A stretch of DNA of 64,000 nt. Origin: an uncultured Flaviramulus sp. (GTDB lineage: Bacteria > Bacteroidota > Bacteroidia > Flavobacteriales > Flavobacteriaceae). The notes below the pieces were generated by a model. It did no database searches. It was not told the origin of the DNA and saw nothing but the letters and a program-made list of their open reading frames with translations. A program made the translations under genes and the position numbers. This document shows, piece by piece, positions 16,748 to 25,131 of the stretch; positions within the stretch are counted from its first letter, which is position 1, and every line of letters starts with the position of its first letter. The stretch covers positions 84,322 to 148,321 of the forward strand of contig CANLXL010000004.1 in assembly GCA_947495125.1 (NCBI GenBank), in the 5' to 3' direction.

Positions 16748-17173
16748 TTAAAAAGAATTTAATAAATTAATAAAGTCTTGAGGAGTCGTTTTTCTATATC
16801 CCGTTTCACCTAAAACGTTTCCGTCCTTATCAAGTACAACAACCAATGGGAAATATCCATTTTGGTTGTACTTTTCGGCTAAGCGATTGTTCTGTTCTTG
16901 TTGTTCTTTGGATAAAGCATTCTTTTTCCTTCTGGGAAAATCGGCTTTCAATAACACATAATGAGCATTAGAATAGTCTTGAAACTCCTTGGTGTTAAAA
17001 ACGTCGTGCTCTAGTTTTATACAAGGGGCACACCAATCTGAACCTGAAAAAACTAAAATTATGTTTTGATGTACCTCTTTGGCTTTTAATTTGGCCTCTT
17101 CCAAACTGAAGTGCCACTGTTGTGAATAACTCAAGGAGCTCATTAACAACAGAATAAATACAGTGTTTTTCAT
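16748..17173 (-). CDS. thioredoxin-family protein, exported
   Basis: WCAPC active site. I prefer the internal start MKNTVFILLLMSSLSYS|QQ at 17173 over the ORF-track start at 17230. Confidence 0.85.
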   Translation of the reverse strand: MKNTVFILLLMSSLSYSQQWHFSLEEAKLKAKEVHQNIILVFSGSDWCAPCIKLEHDVFNTKEFQDYSNAHYVLLKADFPRRKKNALSKEQQEQNNRLAEKYNQNGYFPLVVVLDKDGNVLGETGYRKTTPQDFINLLNSF

Positions 17174-17264
17174 GAGTATTGGGGGTTTAATGCAATCATT
17201 CAATTCTAAGACAACTAAAAAACAATACACCCTATTTTTTTTAGATATATTTTAAGACTTTAAT

Positions 17265-17272
17265 TACTTTTG
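17265..17272 (+). promoter_or_regulatory. -7 promoter box TACTTTTG for the ECF sigma operon
   Basis: Matches TAnnTTTG, 20 nt upstream of the ATG at 17293. Confidence 0.45.
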
Positions 17273-17292
17273 ACGTCTTACTTGGTTTTAAA

Positions 17293-17814
17293 ATGAATGA
17301 AAAAGAGCCTTCCATTTGCGAAGAACATAATTATAATCAGCTGTTTAGAGAATTCTATGAGCCTGCTACCAAATACGTTTATTATAAGTGCGGAAGTTTG
17401 CAGCAAGCTGAAGATATTGTTCAAAATGTATTTATTAAACTATGGAAGCTTTGTGCTACGGTTAGCTTTTCTAAAGCCAAATCTTATATTTATACGGCGT
17501 GCAATAATTTATTTTTAAATGAAGTGAAGCATCAGAAAGTCGTGCTAAAACATCTTGAAACCATTTCTGAGAAAATCGATTATGAAAGCCCTGATTTTTT
17601 AGTTGAAGTGAGCGAATTTAGAGAAAAACTGAAAGTAGCCATAAACAATTTATCGGATAAAGAGCGGGATGTCTTTTTATTAAGCAGAGTTGAAAAAAAG
17701 ACGTATAGCGATATTGCAGAAATTACAGGTTTAACTGTAAAAGCTATTGAACGTAGAATGAGTAAAGCACTGCGTGAACTGCGTGATGCTTTGGGTAAAG
17801 ATATTAAAATATAA
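17293..17814 (+). CDS. ECF-type RNA polymerase sigma-70 family factor
   Basis: Sigma region 2 (DIVQNVFIKLW) and region 4 HTH (YSDIAEITGLTVKAIERRMSKA). Followed by a FecR-like gene. Confidence 0.9.
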   Translation: MNEKEPSICEEHNYNQLFREFYEPATKYVYYKCGSLQQAEDIVQNVFIKLWKLCATVSFSKAKSYIYTACNNLFLNEVKHQKVVLKHLETISEKIDYESPDFLVEVSEFREKLKVAINNLSDKERDVFLLSRVEKKTYSDIAEITGLTVKAIERRMSKALRELRDALGKDIKI

Positions 17815-17856
17815 ATAGGGTGGTTTGCTTTTTAAATGTCTAAATTATAGAAGGAT

Positions 17857-18771
17857 ATGCCAATGGAAGAACATTACAATAACGATGATACTTTTTTAGG
17901 ACGATGGATTGCAGGGACGCTTTCGGAAGAAGAGCGCATTGCTTTTGAAAAAACTACAGCGTTTAAGCAATTTCGAATAATCAATGCCGAGGCCCAAAAT
18001 ATTAAAGGCCCGGTTATTAATACCGAAGCAGCTCTAAAAAAAGTACATCAAGAAACAATACGTAGGAGAAAACCAAAGCGTACTAGGTTATGGTATGCTT
18101 CGGCTGCCATAATTTTAATTATAATAGGTTTAACGGTTGTATTAAATGCGAGGCAAACATATACGACAGGAATCGGAGAAAAACAAACCATTACTCTAGC
18201 CGATGGGTCTATAATAAACTTAAATGCCAGTTCAAGGATATCCCACAAACGTTTTTTTTGGGAAGCTAACAAGCAAATCGTCATATGGGGTGAGGCGTAT
18301 TTTAAGGTTGTTAAAGGGGAGGGGTTTACCGTAAAAACTTCGAAAGGAGACGTGAGCGTTTTGGGTACCGAGTTTAACATTAAAGATCGGGAAAATTTGG
18401 AAGTTAAATGTTATGAAGGCCGTATAAAGTTTATGAGTTTTGACGAACAGCGTAAAACATATACCTTAACAAAGGGAATGCAAATTGGTTTCATTGATCA
18501 TCTTGCCGACGTACAGGGTTTTGAAGAAAACGAACCAAGCTGGAAGCGCAATATTTCTAAATTTATCAATCAACCCTTGTCACAAGTTTTAAAAGAACTA
18601 ACTTATTATTACCCCATTACCATTAATGATGAAGCTATAGATACAACACGTATGTTTACCGGCAGTTTTATTCATGATAATTTGCAAAATGCTTTACAAA
18701 CCACCTTAGTGCCTATGGGTGTTAAATATCGAAAAGCAAAAGATAGTAATACCATTATTTTATCTAATTAG
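17857..18771 (+). CDS. FecR-family anti-sigma / transmembrane sensor
   Basis: Single TM (LWYASAAIILIIIGLTVVL) and a FecR periplasmic domain pattern (ITLADGSIINLNASS ... VLGTEFNI). Confidence 0.88.
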   Translation: MPMEEHYNNDDTFLGRWIAGTLSEEERIAFEKTTAFKQFRIINAEAQNIKGPVINTEAALKKVHQETIRRRKPKRTRLWYASAAIILIIIGLTVVLNARQTYTTGIGEKQTITLADGSIINLNASSRISHKRFFWEANKQIVIWGEAYFKVVKGEGFTVKTSKGDVSVLGTEFNIKDRENLEVKCYEGRIKFMSFDEQRKTYTLTKGMQIGFIDHLADVQGFEENEPSWKRNISKFINQPLSQVLKELTYYYPITINDEAIDTTRMFTGSFIHDNLQNALQTTLVPMGVKYRKAKDSNTIILSN

Positions 18772-18774
18772 GAA

Positions 18775-21126
18775 ATGAAGAACCTTTTTTTATGTATTGC
18801 TTTTTTGGTGATGTTTACAGCGCGTTCGCAGGAAAGGCAGGCATATAATTATATTAACAAGCCTCTGTTATCGGTACTAAAGGATATTCAAAATAAGCAT
18901 CAGCTTATTTTTTCTTTTGCCAATGATTTGATAAATGAAAGGGAAATAACATTGGTGACCAATGAGAGCATAACACTTGATGAACTATTATTACGACTGG
19001 AAGATCAAACCAATCTCACGTTTGATAAAGTATCGGATTCGCAAATAGTTATTTCTGAAAAAGAATCATATTTTAATAATCAGATTTTAGATAAGGTCAT
19101 TGTTTCGGGTTATGTTACCACAGGAATCGACAGAAATAAAGATGGATCCATTGATGTTACCGGTAGCTCCTTAGGCATTCTTCCCGGTTTAGTTGCTCCC
19201 GATATTCTTCAGAGTATACAGTTGGTCCCCGGGATACGTACTTTAGACGAATCGGCAAGTGGAATACAAATACGGGGTGGTTCACCAGACCAAAATTTGA
19301 TATTATTTGACGATATTAAAATGTTTAATTCGGGATATTTGTACGGTATGATCTCCGCTTTCAACCCCTATGCAACAAAAAAGGCGAAACTTTTTAAATC
19401 CGGTGCCAGTGCAGCTTATGGAGATCGAATTTCCGGAATTATAGATATTAGCACCGGTGATAGTATTCCTGTAAGAACAGCAGGAGGTTTTGGTATGGAT
19501 GGATTGAGTATCGATGCTTTTGTAAAAACACCACTTTCGAAGAGATTGGCAGTATATATTTTTACCCGCCGTTCGTACACCGATATTTTAAAAAGCCCCA
19601 CTTATGATGGCTATGCCGAAAAGATATTTAGAAATGGAGGTGTAGTCAGAGATATTAATGGAGCGGATATTACTGTAGAAAACGATGATGAATATGACGT
19701 CGATAGCAGTACAAATACCTTTTCATTTTATGATGTTAATGCGAAAGTTATTTTTTCGCCTAATGAAAAGGACAAAATCATTTTGAGTAGTCTATTTACC
19801 CGAAATAACTTAGATTTCTCTTTTACTGGTGACGGAGAAACGAAAAATGATTCTCTGGTTACTAAAAATAATGGAATTAGCTTAAAATGGATACACAAAA
19901 GTGCCGAGCGACAAAGAGAAGAAATAAGCACCTATTTTTCTAAATACAATTCGTTTTATCTGAATGATGAAATTGAAAACAATACCTTAGAAGAGACCAG
20001 TATTAGAACGAACCTCATTAGAGACTTTGGATTAAATATTAAATCCAGTAGAACTTTTAACAATAACCATGCATTGAATTTTGGTTATCAGCTTTCCAGT
20101 ACAAAAGTTTCAGTTGATATTATTAAAACGAAACCTTTAGAACCCGAAGACAACGAAAGCATTATTGAAAGTGATGTGAATTTAAAGAATGCCTTGTTTG
20201 GCGAATATACTTATAGATTAGGTAATTCCGGAATCCTTAGTTCTGGTTTACGCGTTGTGCACTACGGTAGTGTTGGAAAGTTGTATTTAGAGCCCAGATT
20301 TAATTTTGAATATCCGTTAACGGAAAAACTACGTATTAAAAGCAGTATAGAAAGACGTAACCAACCCATTTCTCAGTTGGTAGAATTTAATCAGACCGAA
20401 TTGCGATTAGAAAATAATTTATGGCGATTATCAGATGATAAAACGTATCCATTATTGCAAAGTAATCAGATTTCCGGCGGTTTACTTTTTTATTCAAAGG
20501 GCTGGACTATAGATCTCGATGGTTATTATAAGCGTATAAAAGGGCTCACAACGTTTACCAGTGGCTTTAGTACACCACAGCTAACCCTTTCTAACGGGAA
20601 AAGTGACATTGCAGGATTGGATTTTCTAGTAAAAAAACGTATTCAAAATTACCGTATTTGGGTTGGGTATACTTATAATACTATCAATTTTAGTTTTCCG
20701 AGTATTCAATCAAAAAGCTTTTCGGGAAATAATGATATCACACATAGTTTTAGAATTTCAAACACCGTAGAACTTAAAAACTTTCAGCTATCCGCAGGCT
20801 GGCAATATAGAACTGGCGAGCCCTATACGCCAATTCTTAGTTTTAATTCAACGAACTCGGTTGTTGAGTTTGGTAGTATAAACAGTAGGCGCCTAGATGA
20901 TTATCATCGCTTGGATATTTCGGCGATTTATAATTTTAAACTAGGGAATAGAAACAAAAGCACAGGACAATTGGGACTTTCTTTTTTAAATATTTATAAT
21001 AGAAGAAAGCCCCTTTCTATACTTTACAGAACGGAAGAAGAATCGGTAGGTTTAGAGTTAAAACAAGTGATACAACGTCACTCGTTAGGGTTTACGCCAA
21101 ATCTGTCTTTTCGAGTGTTCTTATAG
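18775..21126 (+). CDS. TonB-dependent receptor with N-terminal signalling (STN-like) extension
   Basis: N-terminal extension after the signal peptide, a plug region (IQIRGGSPDQNLILFDDIKMFN), and a C-terminal barrel ending in FRVFL. Forms a classic sigma/anti-sigma/transducer trio. Confidence 0.88.
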   Translation: MKNLFLCIAFLVMFTARSQERQAYNYINKPLLSVLKDIQNKHQLIFSFANDLINEREITLVTNESITLDELLLRLEDQTNLTFDKVSDSQIVISEKESYFNNQILDKVIVSGYVTTGIDRNKDGSIDVTGSSLGILPGLVAPDILQSIQLVPGIRTLDESASGIQIRGGSPDQNLILFDDIKMFNSGYLYGMISAFNPYATKKAKLFKSGASAAYGDRISGIIDISTGDSIPVRTAGGFGMDGLSIDAFVKTPLSKRLAVYIFTRRSYTDILKSPTYDGYAEKIFRNGGVVRDINGADITVENDDEYDVDSSTNTFSFYDVNAKVIFSPNEKDKIILSSLFTRNNLDFSFTGDGETKNDSLVTKNNGISLKWIHKSAERQREEISTYFSKYNSFYLNDEIENNTLEETSIRTNLIRDFGLNIKSSRTFNNNHALNFGYQLSSTKVSVDIIKTKPLEPEDNESIIESDVNLKNALFGEYTYRLGNSGILSSGLRVVHYGSVGKLYLEPRFNFEYPLTEKLRIKSSIERRNQPISQLVEFNQTELRLENNLWRLSDDKTYPLLQSNQISGGLLFYSKGWTIDLDGYYKRIKGLTTFTSGFSTPQLTLSNGKSDIAGLDFLVKKRIQNYRIWVGYTYNTINFSFPSIQSKSFSGNNDITHSFRISNTVELKNFQLSAGWQYRTGEPYTPILSFNSTNSVVEFGSINSRRLDDYHRLDISAIYNFKLGNRNKSTGQLGLSFLNIYNRRKPLSILYRTEEESVGLELKQVIQRHSLGFTPNLSFRVFL

Positions 21127-21438
21127 CAGTATTTTGGAAGCCACCAGATCAAATTATAATCGTCTAATATAGGGGATTCATTGTACTTATTTATGAAAAA
21201 AGCCTCTGTTGCTTTTTGAACGACATGGTAAATAACAATATCATAATGACATTACACTTATTACTTGGTGCTCCTGTTTTTTTATAAATGTGCTTACTTT
21301 TATTAATAATCTGAGCCGTTGTAATATAAATATTACTTTTTGAAAAAATTAGTTAAAAAATACAAAATAATCGACAAAACGCTTGTTTTTTACGATAAAT
21401 TACATAGATTTGCGTTATTAATCCCTTAAATCTTAGTA

Positions 21439-21885
21439 ATGAAATTAAAGATTATAGTATTCAGTGTTAGCTTTTTAATGGCAATGGGTGCTGGTTTTGC
21501 ACAAAAAAAGAAAGAACCAAAAAGCATCATTAGCGAGAAAGTAGCTATAAAAAAATATCATAGCAAAGGAGATTTGGAACGCATGCAAAAGGGGCAATTA
21601 TTAACCTTATATATTGAACGCATAGAAAGTCTGGTTAAAACCTTACCTTATATTGCATTTGCCACAAAGCCAGGGGTTACAATGTCAACCTTAGGTATTC
21701 CTAATAATAACGACAATAGAAAAATACTGGATAGCCAGTTTGAAGCTACCGACGATTATCTTGAAACCACTGTCGAATTTCAAAAAACGATTTTACCGTA
21801 TTCCGATACCAGTAACTTGATCTCTGCCATTTTATTCTATGAGGAAATCATGAAGTCCTTACATGAATATAGTGAATTTCATTAA
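21439..21885 (+). CDS. secreted hypothetical protein
   Basis: Signal peptide (GFA|QKK), 148 aa. A TAGATTTG -7 box lies at 21405-21412. No family recognised. Confidence 0.7.
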   Translation: MKLKIIVFSVSFLMAMGAGFAQKKKEPKSIISEKVAIKKYHSKGDLERMQKGQLLTLYIERIESLVKTLPYIAFATKPGVTMSTLGIPNNNDNRKILDSQFEATDDYLETTVEFQKTILPYSDTSNLISAILFYEEIMKSLHEYSEFH

Positions 21886-22090
21886 TTAAATAAACAGTTG
21901 ATATATTGTGAAGTGTATCTCCGTGATGATAGTAACCATAAATTAGAGGGGTATTTAGTTATTAACCATCTTCCCATTCCCATTTTATTCCTTTAGAGTT
22001 ACAATTATGAATTTGAGTTTATGATTGTCATTAAAATGTATCATATTTCATACCAAATTCTTAAATATCGTATTTTTTTGACCCAATTTA

Positions 22091-22168
22091 TGTGTATTTC
22101 ATCGACCTAAAAGCATGCAAAATTTGAATATTTTGTGTATTTCATCGAAATTTTTGGTATTTCATGGA
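22091..22168 (+). repeat. three copies of a (T)GTATTTCAT(C/G)GA motif just upstream of the promoter of the T9SS cargo locus
   Basis: TGTGTATTTCATCGA at 22091-22105 and 22134-22148. TTGGTATTTCATGGA at 22154-22168. A -7 box TAGTTTTG lies at 22178-22185. The exact 12-mer GTATTTCATCGA recurs at 28072-28083. Confidence 0.6.
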
Positions 22169-22236
22169 TTTTTTTGTTAGTTTTGACCATTAATCCGTGA
22201 AAAGCGTATTTAGTTTTAAAGAATAAATATTGAACT

Positions 22237-23562
22237 ATGAAAACCTTAGCTAAAATAATTTTGATATTTCTTATCGCGATGGGGAATGTATTTGCTCAAC
22301 AAGAAAAAGGCATTATAGGAGCCAACAATTGGCTATATAATTGGACAGAGTTTAAACCTGGTCAGGAAGATTATGGTGAGCCTACCCAAATACTCGCGGG
22401 TAATATTACAAAAGATACCAGACTGACTAAGCGTGATACTTACTTGCTTTTAGGAAGTGTTTTTGTAACCAATAATGCAACGCTTACTATAGAGCCCGGA
22501 ACGGTAATATTGGGAGATTACGATTCCAAAGCATCTCTTACTGTTTCTAAAGGGTCAAAAATTATAGCTGATGGCCTGGAAACAGACCCCATTGTTTTTA
22601 CGTCGAACAGAAGTGTTAAAAGAGCAGGGGACTGGGGAGGACTAATTATACTCGGCGATGCACCTTCAAATAAATTTGGTAATGGTTCGGTGGCCTCGTT
22701 CTATTCCCAATTGGATCCATCCGCTTACGGAAGTACAAATTATGGCGGGGAAAACCTCAGTAGTAACTCAGGCATATTGCGCTATGTAAGAGTCGAATAT
22801 GCAGGCAAGAGAATCAAACGTGTTGGTTATTTTAACGGATTGCTATTAGCGAGCGTTGGTAATGAAACCGTATTAGAAAATATTATGGTGAGCTTTTCTG
22901 CCGGTAACTCTTTTGAAATATGGGGAGGAGAAGTTAATATGAATAAAGCCGTATCCTATAGATCAAGTAGTAACGACTTTAAATTTAATTATGGAACACA
23001 ATGCCAGCTAACAAATTCATTAGCCGTTCGTTCCCCATATGTGTCCAGCAGTAATGGAGCGAGATGCTTGCAAATTGTGTCTTATGATAATAGAGAAGAA
23101 GTAGACTTTACTAAAAGGGGAACATCCGTGGTGACTAAAAATTTAACCATGGTCAATGATAGTGAGGATTTAAAATCAGATATAGAAAAGGGCTTAGTGA
23201 AAGAAGCGGTTTACGTGGGACAAAATGCATCGCTGGATATGAACAAAAGTGTGATCTCCGGTTTTAACCCTGCGGTTTTACTAGAAGATAAGATCACCAT
23301 TAATCAGGAAAACTTAGAAAAAATAAAGTTTACAGATATGTATTTCAATAACTGTAATGGCAATATTTTTACGGAATATAATTCTAACAACGAAGATCTG
23401 GAAAACTGGTACGGTAATCGGGCATTTTTTAATGTGTATTCTAAAAGCTCCAATGCGGAAACCTTTATTGACCTAAAAAATGAAAAGAGACCGGATTATA
23501 GATTGAGAATTAATAAAATTATCGCATCTAATGAAGTTGACCCCGATTTACGCTTAGATTGA
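22237..23562 (+). CDS. secreted protein with predicted parallel beta-helix-like region, function unknown
   Basis: Signal peptide (VFA|QQE). TIEPGTVILGD...DPIVFTS...GDWGGLIILG...LRYVRVEYAG, a pattern I recognise from conserved Bacteroidota hypothetical proteins. Confidence 0.75.
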   Translation: MKTLAKIILIFLIAMGNVFAQQEKGIIGANNWLYNWTEFKPGQEDYGEPTQILAGNITKDTRLTKRDTYLLLGSVFVTNNATLTIEPGTVILGDYDSKASLTVSKGSKIIADGLETDPIVFTSNRSVKRAGDWGGLIILGDAPSNKFGNGSVASFYSQLDPSAYGSTNYGGENLSSNSGILRYVRVEYAGKRIKRVGYFNGLLLASVGNETVLENIMVSFSAGNSFEIWGGEVNMNKAVSYRSSSNDFKFNYGTQCQLTNSLAVRSPYVSSSNGARCLQIVSYDNREEVDFTKRGTSVVTKNLTMVNDSEDLKSDIEKGLVKEAVYVGQNASLDMNKSVISGFNPAVLLEDKITINQENLEKIKFTDMYFNNCNGNIFTEYNSNNEDLENWYGNRAFFNVYSKSSNAETFIDLKNEKRPDYRLRINKIIASNEVDPDLRLD

Positions 23563-23689
23563 AAACGGTTTCAACTTAAACACACCCTCATGAATCCTAC
23601 AAAATCTTTTGATTAAAAGCTAAATGAAGATTTATACAGTTTAAATCGGTAATTGTCCTAATAGGCTTATAAAAAGAAAATAATATCCA

Positions 23690-25129
23690 ATGAGGAATTT
23701 TACTATTATTTATATTGTAGTTTTTATTGCATTTTTATCCACAGGAAGGACTAGTGCTCAAATTGTTATTAGTACTCCCAGTTTAGGTTTTACTCAAGCT
23801 TGTGCCAGCCCTGTTTTTAATACCTATAATGTGACTTTCACATTTTCTCCGGAGTCCGGAGTAAACGCATCCAATCAATTTAGTATAGAGTTGTCCGATG
23901 AGAATGGTGATTTTTCCAGCCCAACGGTAGTTTATACCTCAGCCGCAGGATCAGTAACCACATCCCCGGCAACCTTAAGTTTTGCCATGCCAACTACGGT
24001 AGCAGGAGAAGCCTATAAACTTAGAATAAAAAGTACGGCACCAGTAGCAACAAGTACAAATTCGATAGCTTTCCCAGCCTATTATAAAGCTCAGGATACA
24101 CCGTTTTCAATTAATAATTTAATTCCAACGGCCGTGTATTGCTCCGGCGGAAGTTATTTGTTAACCATAGATAATCCCGGATCCGGATTAAATGACTCTC
24201 CGTTAAATTATCCATCGCTTACCTTTAATTGGTATAAGGAAACTAGTCCAACGACCTCGGTATTCGTGGCTTCAGGGAATAGTTTATCTGTAACTGAACC
24301 AGGAACTTATTTTGTTGAAACCAATTATGGAACATGTACGTCTGATTCATTTTCAAATCGTGTTACCGTGGATGAAAATGGCTCGGGAACAACGAGTTCC
24401 ATTAATTCGAGTAGAGGAAACCCCTTTTGTGCCAGTCAGGGCGCCACAACATTAAGTGCGATTGGAGGAGTAAGTTATCAGTGGTTTAAGGATGGAGAAG
24501 AAATTTCCGGAGCTACCAATCAAATGTATGCGACCGATGAATCCGGTGAATTCTCTGTACGCATTGATTTAGGAGATTGTAGCACAAACGCTTCTATAGA
24601 TCTTGAAAACACGGGCTTTTCAAGTAGTATTGATGTTTCCGATATTAATATGATCGAAGAGGAAGAGACTTTAATGGTCACTGTGACTACCGATGCGGTT
24701 GACCCGGAATACAAGTGGTATCTCAATGAAGTACTCATTTCCGGTGCAACCGGTAATAGCTATGAAGCGACCCAAACAGGAAATTATAAAGTGGTGATTA
24801 CACAAACTGCGGGCTGCGAAGCCTCAAGTGAATTCCTTTTTATCGTGAATACAGCCTTTCCGGACGTTTCAAATATTCCTAATTTAATTAGCCCTAATGG
24901 AGACGGAATTAACGATACATGGATTATTCCTCAGGCTTATGTTAGTGGCACAAATACAGAGGTTACGCTCATAAGCGCACAAGGGAAAATAGTACTTCAA
25001 ACCAGCGATTACCAAAATAACTGGCCGGAAACCCAATTGGATTTTAAAGGTGTAAACCCCGTTTATTATTATATTATTACACCCCCGGATAAAAAAGAGA
25101 GAAAAGGATCGATAACCGTGGTTAAATAG
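23690..25129 (+). CDS. T9SS type-B sorting-domain cargo protein (Ig-like repeats)
   Basis: Signal peptide (TSA|QIV). C-terminal gliding-motility-associated CTD (ISPNGDGINDTWIIP ... YYYIITP ... GSITVVK). Confidence 0.88.
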   Translation: MRNFTIIYIVVFIAFLSTGRTSAQIVISTPSLGFTQACASPVFNTYNVTFTFSPESGVNASNQFSIELSDENGDFSSPTVVYTSAAGSVTTSPATLSFAMPTTVAGEAYKLRIKSTAPVATSTNSIAFPAYYKAQDTPFSINNLIPTAVYCSGGSYLLTIDNPGSGLNDSPLNYPSLTFNWYKETSPTTSVFVASGNSLSVTEPGTYFVETNYGTCTSDSFSNRVTVDENGSGTTSSINSSRGNPFCASQGATTLSAIGGVSYQWFKDGEEISGATNQMYATDESGEFSVRIDLGDCSTNASIDLENTGFSSSIDVSDINMIEEEETLMVTVTTDAVDPEYKWYLNEVLISGATGNSYEATQTGNYKVVITQTAGCEASSEFLFIVNTAFPDVSNIPNLISPNGDGINDTWIIPQAYVSGTNTEVTLISAQGKIVLQTSDYQNNWPETQLDFKGVNPVYYYIITPPDKKERKGSITVVK

Positions 25130-25131
25130 CA

